A stretch of 13,801 bases of DNA. Source: Promethearchaeota archaeon (GTDB lineage Archaea; Asgardarchaeota; Lokiarchaeia; Sigyniarchaeales; SOKP01). A model generated the notes under the pieces. It saw nothing but the letters and a program-made list of their open reading frames with translations, was not told the origin of the DNA and searched no databases. The translations under genes were made by a program, and so were the position numbers. The stretch is taken from the NCBI GenBank assembly GCA_048941015.1, contig JBHLNZ010000075.1:1-13801 (forward strand), read 5' to 3'. Shown piece after piece: positions 7,593 to 13,801 of this stretch (positions are counted from its first letter, which is position 1; each line of letters opens with the position of its first letter).

Positions 7593-8492
7593 GTGTTTTT
7601 TGAAATTACTGAGTTGAATATATATATTTTGGAGAAAGTTATACAAGAATTTGCTCCTGAGATTAAAGATATTTATAATGTGAGAGAAGATGAATCTGAA
7701 GAGCAACAAATCAAAACGGGTCAACTTCATGAAAATAGAATATTAGGAATAATGTTAAAATATTATCTTGAAGGGAAACGGAAAGTAGCAACAAGGGATG
7801 TGGAGTTAGAGTATAAAAAGTATTTCAAAGAAATTGCAAGGTCAACAATCTCAACTTATTTAAACATGTTAAAAAAGGAATCAACTCTATCCAAAGAAAG
7901 AGATGGTAGGATTGTGTATTATAAGTTATATGACAATCCTCCAGAACAACTCAACCCCTTTTGGTTTACTCGTATATTTTGTATTGATCCTGCTTATTTT
8001 AATAGGGCAATTTATTTTGCTAGTCTTTATTCTATTGCTGATTTAATAGTTCAGAAGAAAGTGGAAAGTAGCGATAAAAAAGAATTAGTGGGATATTTTA
8101 AATATGTGATAGGACTTACTATTTTATATATTTTGAAAAACAGAGCTGATAAATGTTCTTTATGCCAATTCAGTAAACATGAAAGTTATAATCAAATGAT
8201 AGAAACATTAGATTCTGCAATAAAAGAGAGAGCAGATGTCTTACCAGAGGAATTATTAAAACCGGTTATTAAAAAATATGCCGAGATTCCAACCTTTGGA
8301 GGTCAGGCATTAATAACTGAAGAATCTGAAATAGATTTGATTGAAAATATCTTAAAGCATGCTAAAACGTATAAGAAAGATATTGATTTTCAGAAAATGG
8401 TATTAAATAGACGTTTAGAAGCGAAGATACTTCAGAAAATCAATTTAGAAACAAAAGATTTGGAATCTAAAGAAGAAAAAGTAATCGATTAA
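7593..8492 (+). CDS. Winged helix-turn-helix transcriptional regulator (BlaI/ArsR-like N-domain) with unknown helical C-domain
   Basis: VATRDVELEYKKYFKEIARSTISTYLNMLKKESTLSKERDGRIVYYKL has the helix, STIS..L..L recognition helix and wing (GR.VYY) pattern. CSLC occurs in the C-domain. Start uncertain (GTG 7593 or TTG 7614). Confidence 0.75.
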   Translation: MFFEITELNIYILEKVIQEFAPEIKDIYNVREDESEEQQIKTGQLHENRILGIMLKYYLEGKRKVATRDVELEYKKYFKEIARSTISTYLNMLKKESTLSKERDGRIVYYKLYDNPPEQLNPFWFTRIFCIDPAYFNRAIYFASLYSIADLIVQKKVESSDKKELVGYFKYVIGLTILYILKNRADKCSLCQFSKHESYNQMIETLDSAIKERADVLPEELLKPVIKKYAEIPTFGGQALITEESEIDLIENILKHAKTYKKDIDFQKMVLNRRLEAKILQKINLETKDLESKEEKVID

Positions 8493-8543
8493 TAAAATAG
8501 TGAATTTTTACGAATGAGTTAATAGTCTATTAATCAAAAATTT

Positions 8544-9089
8544 TTAAAAATTCGAGTTATTTAACATCAATCCTGTTAATGCTTCAAAAGTTTTCTCTAC
8601 ATTTTCACCTGATTTACTCGAACATTCGATGAACCCATCAACGCCTCTACTCTTAGCTATTTTTATTCCTTCTTCTGCGGGCACTTCTCGATCTTCTGCA
8701 AGATCTGCTTTACCCCCAACTACTATTATTGGAAATTGATCTTCATCTCTAATTTCTTTTCTAATTACAGTGAGCCAATCATCAATATGAGCTATTGATG
8801 AGTAATTAGTAATATCATACATAAATAAACCTCCCTTGGCACCTCTTACATAGGTAGGAAGGAGAAATCTAAATCGTTCTTCACCACCAAAGTCCCAGAT
8901 TTGCAATTTAACTTTCCTTTTACTTACAACCAGACTTTTAACCTCAAAATCTACTCCAATTGTCATCTTAGAATCTGAGACGAATAGATTTGTCAAAAAT
9001 CTCTGAGTTAAGGTAGTTTTTCCACAACCGGCATCTCCGAAAATTACAATCTTAAAAGTTGCGTCGTACATAATACTTGCTAAACCCAT
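8544..9089 (-). CDS. Rab-like small GTPase (Ras superfamily, Asgard type)
   Basis: G1 GDAGCGKT, G2/RabF1 TIGVDF, RabF2 KLQIW, G3 DFGG, RabF4-like YVRGA, RabF5-like MYDIT, G4 GKAD and G5 CSSK. No C-terminal Cys. Alternative start is the ATG at 9071 (MYDATFK). Confidence 0.93.
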   Translation of the reverse strand: MGLASIMYDATFKIVIFGDAGCGKTTLTQRFLTNLFVSDSKMTIGVDFEVKSLVVSKRKVKLQIWDFGGEERFRFLLPTYVRGAKGGLFMYDITNYSSIAHIDDWLTVIRKEIRDEDQFPIIVVGGKADLAEDREVPAEEGIKIAKSRGVDGFIECSSKSGENVEKTFEALTGLMLNNSNF

Positions 9090-9348
9090 AAAAGGGAAAT
9101 TAGAATATTTTACTTTAATATAATTTATACTGAATTTTATTATTTTTGCTATTTATTATTGGTCTCTATATTTTATAATCTTATTCTCGTATATAAATAT
9201 TCAAAATTATTTATACTTTAAAATATCAACTTATCTTAAAAAATTATTAAAAATTCAGTTTTAAAAAATTATCGAATATTGAAAATAATATTATTATTCT
9301 ATTATGTTGAATTAAATTTATCTAATTGTTGAATTTAGTTGAGATTTT

Positions 9349-10656
9349 ATGACTAAGCAAATAGACTGGTCAAAATATTTCCGAATTGATAAGAAAAAAA
9401 TAGAATTGTTCAAGGAAAATTTGGGAGCAAATAAGATTTATGCTATGGGTTTAATGCCAGTAAGAGGCCCCGTAGGTTTTCGTAAATTAGACTATGAATT
9501 TGCCGAAAAGGAATTAAATGTAGAAGCCGTAATGGATAAATTAAAAGAATGTCATTTCAATGTATTTGGACTTGTAATAAAAGATACTGATGGAGCATGT
9601 TTGTGGAATACGGATGCTGGCTGGAATCCAACTAATAGAGATATTTTAGGGGAATTTTGCGATGCTGGAAAAGAGAGAGATATTAAAATTATGGTTTCGT
9701 TTACTAGCATGAATGATGCTTATCAGGGATATTTGCACCCAGAAAGGGTGAGCATTCATGGTAAAAGCGGTAAAAAGTTTGGCAAAAGATACAATATGGG
9801 AGATAATTCTACTCATGATGCAGGTGAACTGAGAATTGATTTACCTTTTGGAGTCTCATTAGAGGAGTACCAAAAGAAAATCCCGTTCTTAACATCTAAA
9901 AAAGATGAGAAAATTGGTAAAAAAAGGAATAAAAGGGGAAGTGGATTTATCCCTACAGAAAGTTTTATGTGCCCTAATAGTGCTCATGTCGATTATTTAG
10001 TAGAATTAATTAAAGAAGTAGTAAGGGATTACCCAATTAAAGCTTTTACAGCTGATTATATAAGATACGATGGTTCTTTTACCGATTTATGCGCATGTTC
10101 CAGGTGTGTAAATAAATTTAGAGCTGAATTTAGTGACAAAGCTAAAATTTTAGAAAGTGATGAGTGGATTGAATTTAAAACAGAGACAATTGCAGCTTAT
10201 GCTGAAAGAGTTCATAAAACTGTAAAAGATATTGATAAAGAGTGTCTTACTGGCTGGTATAGTCAAGTAGGACCCAAAAAAATGTTAACTTTAAAGAGAC
10301 ATGGTCAGGATTGGACAAAACTCTCTTCTATTCTAGACATATCTATCCCTATGGAATATCCCTATTTAGCAGGAACCAGAGATGATGGGGTCTTCTGGGG
10401 TTTAGTTGGAGAATTTTTTTATTGGTATTTTTTAAGAAATATAAAAAAGAGAATCCATGAGTATCAAGGACCTATTTTAGCAATTACAAATTCTGTTGAA
10501 TGCAACGTCGAAGAGATGCTAAAACAAGTGAGAACGTTTGATTTTGGTCTTGGTATTGGTGTTTTTAAATATTTTGGAACATCAGAAGCTCAATGGAAAG
10601 CTCTAAAGGAATATGCAGAAAATGAAATTGGCTTAGAAAATCTTAAATTCAATTAA
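9349..10656 (+). CDS. Putative glycoside hydrolase-like TIM-barrel protein (GH29/GHL6/GHL10-like motifs)
   Basis: VIKDTDGACLWNT and RDILGEFCDAGKERDIKI resemble the GH29/GHL6 N-terminal motifs. MCPNS, ADYIRY, CACSRC, GQDW and PMEYP resemble GHL10-type motifs. No signal peptide. Confidence 0.65.
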   Translation: MTKQIDWSKYFRIDKKKIELFKENLGANKIYAMGLMPVRGPVGFRKLDYEFAEKELNVEAVMDKLKECHFNVFGLVIKDTDGACLWNTDAGWNPTNRDILGEFCDAGKERDIKIMVSFTSMNDAYQGYLHPERVSIHGKSGKKFGKRYNMGDNSTHDAGELRIDLPFGVSLEEYQKKIPFLTSKKDEKIGKKRNKRGSGFIPTESFMCPNSAHVDYLVELIKEVVRDYPIKAFTADYIRYDGSFTDLCACSRCVNKFRAEFSDKAKILESDEWIEFKTETIAAYAERVHKTVKDIDKECLTGWYSQVGPKKMLTLKRHGQDWTKLSSILDISIPMEYPYLAGTRDDGVFWGLVGEFFYWYFLRNIKKRIHEYQGPILAITNSVECNVEEMLKQVRTFDFGLGIGVFKYFGTSEAQWKALKEYAENEIGLENLKFN

Positions 10657-11225
10657 ACAATATTTTTTATCTCATTATATCTAAAGCAATTAACTACATG
10701 ATCGTTAACTATCCCTACTGCTTGCATAAAAGCATAGATAATTGTCGAACCAACGAATTTGAAACCCTTCTTTTTCAAGTCTTGACTTATTTTATCTGAG
10801 AGTTCTGTATTAGAAGGTAATTCACTTAAAGTATTCCATACATTATGTATTGGTTTGTTGTTAACAAAATCCCAAAGATATTTATCAAAAGAGCCAAATT
10901 CCTCAATAATTTTAATGAAAGCTTTCGCATTAGAAACTACTGAATTGAGCTTTAGCCTGTTTCTTATTATGCCTTTATTTTCTAACAGCCTTTCAATTTT
11001 ATTCTCCTGATATTGAGCAATTTTGTTATAGTCAAAATTATCAAATGCCTCTCTAAAATTCTCTCGTTTATTAAGGATTGTATTCCAGCTTAAGCCAGCT
11101 TGCATACCTTCTAAAATTAAAAACTCAAAAAGATTTATATCATCATGTTCAGGTACACCCCATTCTTTATCATGATATTCTTTCATCTGTGCATTATAAT
11201 TAGCCCATTCACATCTTTGAACCAT
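10653..11225 (-). CDS. tag: DNA-3-methyladenine glycosylase I
   Basis: RCEW, YHDKEWGVP, LFEFLILEGMQAGLSW, GIIRNRLK, GFKFVG and MQAVGIVNDHVVNC. The Cys/His Zn ligands are present. Confidence 0.96.
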   Translation of the reverse strand: MVQRCEWANYNAQMKEYHDKEWGVPEHDDINLFEFLILEGMQAGLSWNTILNKRENFREAFDNFDYNKIAQYQENKIERLLENKGIIRNRLKLNSVVSNAKAFIKIIEEFGSFDKYLWDFVNNKPIHNVWNTLSELPSNTELSDKISQDLKKKGFKFVGSTIIYAFMQAVGIVNDHVVNCFRYNEIKNIV

Positions 11226-11262
11226 TTTTAAAATTACCTTTTTTATTAAAATTTAGAAAAGT

Positions 11263-11640
11263 TTAATCTTTTATTGAAACTGAAACAGCAGCATTGCAGA
11301 CAATTATTTTATCAGAAGTATCTCCTAATTCATCTATTTTAATTCCTTTTGCTATTAATCCGCCTTTCTCAACTTCAATATCTTTAACACCAAAGGGTAT
11401 GGCCTTTAGCACTTTTTTCTCATCTAAATTCTCAGGGTATGGAACACCAATTTTAACATGAACAATCATACGAGAGAGATCCTTAGGTTCTCTTAAACCA
11501 CAAATTTCTGATAAACCCTGTAAACAATTATTTGTGATAGCATTTTTAACTGCTTTAATAGCTGCTTGAGTGCAATCGTCATTATGTCCGTGTTGATCCA
11601 CTCCCATACCGATTTGAGTTATGAAATTCTTTTCATTCAT
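11263..11640 (-). CDS. Lin0512-family conserved protein
   Basis: IGMGVDQHG, AAIKAVKNAI, HVKIGVPYP, IPFG..EVEKGGL and NAAVSV. The ATG at 11640 (MNEKNFITQ) fits the family N-terminus better than the 11691 start. Confidence 0.8.
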   Translation of the reverse strand: MNEKNFITQIGMGVDQHGHNDDCTQAAIKAVKNAITNNCLQGLSEICGLREPKDLSRMIVHVKIGVPYPENLDEKKVLKAIPFGVKDIEVEKGGLIAKGIKIDELGDTSDKIIVCNAAVSVSIKD

Positions 11641-11778
11641 TATTGTATCAAATTTTTTATTATTATTTTTATATTCAAAATATCTAATCACTTTTCTATT
11701 TTTCTACACTTAACATAAATAAAAATTAAATTTACATTTTACATTTGATTTTAGTCTATTATTGCTTTGTGAGTTAGA

Positions 11779-12900
11779 ATGGATATGAGAACGGAAAAGA
11801 TAAATCCTTATGATATTGATGAAAATATTTACAAACGCTTCGAAGAGAAATATCATATGATTTATCGGCGTACTTGGGACAAAAGTTTACCAACCTTTGG
11901 AAAAATGTTTGATGAAAACATAGATATGCATATTAGTTCAAAAAAGGAAGGGTATTCTCGTATTGATTTTGCATTAGTTTCTGCTGGATGGACAGTATAT
12001 GAAAAATTTCCATTTGCATTTGCTTGGGAAAGAAAGGAAAATCCTGATATCGGTTATGGGACAAATTGGATGGAATCAAAATTTATAATCAATGATCAAA
12101 AATCTTTTACCCAACAGATAAAAAAAGCCGCTAAATTTTTTGGGGGTTCTATAGTAGGTATCACAGATATCAATGAAAATTGGATTTATAAGAAGGGATT
12201 TGTAAGACCTGCTTTAGTGAGCGAGGCAGATTCTAAAAAAATAGTTAGAGAAGGTTTAAGTTCGGAATCAGTATTTGAAACACCAATTGAATTACCGAAA
12301 GGATTCAATAAGGCAATAGTTATCGCAATTGAAATGGATCCAGATGCGATTTCAACTGCTCCTGCTCAACCCGCTGCAGCTGCGGCTGCAATAGTTTACT
12401 CAAAAATGGCTTTTGTAATATCTTGTTTGGGAGAATTTATAAGAAATTTAGGATATCGAGCGATCCAATGCGGGAATGACACTGCTATAAGTATTCCTTT
12501 AGCAATTGATGCTGGACTTGGAGCTTTAGGTAGACATGGATTATTAATTACTCCAGAATATGGGCCAAGAGTGCGGATATGTAAAATTTTTACAGATTTA
12601 CCCTTAATTTCTGACGAGCCGAACTTTGATTTCATTAAAAAAGTAGAAAACACGTGTAAAAACTGTTTTAGATGCGCAGAAGCTTGTGAGAATGATGCTA
12701 TTACATTAGATATAGAACCCACTTATGAACCAACCTCAGTTTCTAATAATCCTGGAGTGAAAAAATATTATGTAAATGTTGAAAAATGTTTTGAGTTTTG
12801 GATTGAGAATTCATCTGATTGTAGTAACTGTATTGCAGCATGTCCATTTAGTAAAATTCAAGATTATTTATCTCCCACTGAATTTTGGACCAAGGAATAG
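11779..12900 (+). CDS. Reductive dehalogenase (RdhA)-like cobalamin/2x[4Fe-4S] enzyme, no Tat signal
   Basis: IKKAAKFFGGSIVGI, AIVIAIEMD, YSKM, FIRNLGYRAI, GNDTAISIPLAIDAGLG.LGRHGLLITPEYGPRVR and FTDLPL. Fe-S motifs are CKNCFRCAEAC and C..FW...CSNCIAACP. Confidence 0.85.
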   Translation: MDMRTEKINPYDIDENIYKRFEEKYHMIYRRTWDKSLPTFGKMFDENIDMHISSKKEGYSRIDFALVSAGWTVYEKFPFAFAWERKENPDIGYGTNWMESKFIINDQKSFTQQIKKAAKFFGGSIVGITDINENWIYKKGFVRPALVSEADSKKIVREGLSSESVFETPIELPKGFNKAIVIAIEMDPDAISTAPAQPAAAAAAIVYSKMAFVISCLGEFIRNLGYRAIQCGNDTAISIPLAIDAGLGALGRHGLLITPEYGPRVRICKIFTDLPLISDEPNFDFIKKVENTCKNCFRCAEACENDAITLDIEPTYEPTSVSNNPGVKKYYVNVEKCFEFWIENSSDCSNCIAACPFSKIQDYLSPTEFWTKE

Positions 12901-12961
12901 TTTATTTCGGATTTGCATAAGTTAATTTTAAATTTTTAGAAAATAAACAAGATAGTATATT

Positions 12962-13801
12962 ATGAACAAGCTAAAAGTAGGTATTATTGGCTCTGGATTT
13001 ATTGCTGAGCATCATTGTCATTCGTATTCTCAGCTTCCAAATATTGAAATAATAGGAATTTCATCCTTAAATGAAGATGAAGCTAAAAGTTTAATGAAAA
13101 AGTATGAAATACCGGGAAAACCTATAAAAGATTATAAGGATCTGATAAAATTAGATTTCGATATGATATCAGCTTGTGTTCCAAATTTCCTACATAAAGA
13201 AGTAGCGATCGATACTCTTAATGCGGGGAGTCATGTATTAATAGAGAAACCATTAGCGAGAAATGTTATTGAAGGGATGGATATCTTAGATTGCGAAAAA
13301 TCTTCTAATAGAAAAGTGTTCTATTGTGAAAATAATATGTATGCGCCAACTTTTAGTAAAGTTAAAGAAATAATTAGCGAAGGTGCTTTAGGTACAATTT
13401 ATATGGGTCGTGGTAAAGAACAACATTCTGGACCACATTCAGCTTGGTTTTATAAAAAAAAAGAAGCAGGTGGAGGTGCATTATTGGATTTAGGAATACA
13501 TGATATCGCTTGCTTAGTGTGGTATCTAGATTGCGAAGTTAAAGAAGTATTTTGTCAAATAAAAACAATTATTCCCAACCGAAAAGATTTTGGTGTATGT
13601 GAAGTAGAAGATAACGCTGTTGGAGTATTATATTTTGATAATGATGCTCAAGTTATAATTGAAGAATCTTGGACGTCTCCAGGTGGATATGACATGCGCT
13701 TCGAGCTATTTGGTACAGATGGGCAAATAAAAGTAGCACCAACCTTTTCAAACTTGATAAGTGTTTATAGTGAAAGTGGGTATGGATATGCTGTAGAAAA
13801 A
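12962..13801 (+). CDS. Gfo/Idh/MocA family NAD(P)-dependent oxidoreductase, 3'-truncated by window edge (absent from the supplied ORF track)
   Basis: Manual translation gives MNKLKVGIIGSGFIAEHH..., VPNFLH, HVLIEKPLA, WFYKKKEAGGGALLDLGIHDI and EVEDNA. The frame is open to the end of the window. Confidence 0.93.
   Translation, partial: MNKLKVGIIGSGFIAEHHCHSYSQLPNIEIIGISSLNEDEAKSLMKKYEIPGKPIKDYKDLIKLDFDMISACVPNFLHKEVAIDTLNAGSHVLIEKPLARNVIEGMDILDCEKSSNRKVFYCENNMYAPTFSKVKEIISEGALGTIYMGRGKEQHSGPHSAWFYKKKEAGGGALLDLGIHDIACLVWYLDCEVKEVFCQIKTIIPNRKDFGVCEVEDNAVGVLYFDNDAQVIIEESWTSPGGYDMRFELFGTDGQIKVAPTFSNLISVYSESGYGYAVEK

Noticed and set aside
7539-7730. 63-aa minus-strand ORF
   Set aside because: Overlaps the regulator 5' end antisense and is low-complexity AT-rich sequence.
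12352-12390. GCT/GCA-rich stretch (STAPAQPAAAAAA) resembling a triplet repeat
   Set aside because: Mixed codons encoding an Ala-rich helix at a position where RdhA-like proteins are usually Ala-rich.
12396-12722. 108-aa minus-strand ORF
   Set aside because: Antisense shadow of the conserved RdhA core. It is not hydrophobic, so not an RdhB.

Overview
AT-rich, gene-dense archaeal window, very probably from an Asgard archaeon of the Lokiarchaeia. The assignment rests on a profilin closely resembling the characterised Loki profilins, a prenylation-less Rab-like GTPase, a Tat-less reductive-dehalogenase-like gene and GGTGA/GAGGT ribosome-binding sites. There are 14 supportable CDSs, two of them cut by the window edges. 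In order: HDAC-family deacetylase, profilin, a minimal FtsX/MacB-type permease plus LolD/FtsE-like ATPase, two uncharacterised polytopic membrane proteins (one ending in a zinc ribbon), a 718-722 aa acidic membrane-anchored surface protein, a winged-helix regulator, a Rab-like GTPase, a glycoside-hydrolase-like TIM barrel, Tag glycosylase, a Lin0512-family protein, an RdhA-like cobalamin/Fe-S enzyme and a Gfo/Idh/MocA oxidoreductase. No RNA genes, CRISPR arrays or mobile elements were seen. Three observations stand out. (1) A 32-bp element (29/32 identical, with a TTCTA-N6-TAGAA dyad) is repeated upstream of both the surface-protein gene and the regulator gene, a candidate operator and mini-regulon. 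(2) The type VII ABC permease lacks its extracytoplasmic domain and is transcribed divergently from profilin. (3) The whole profilin-to-Rab block may be a cytoskeleton/membrane/cell-surface module; this is inference and needs synteny testing. All family calls come from motif recognition by eye, not database searches.
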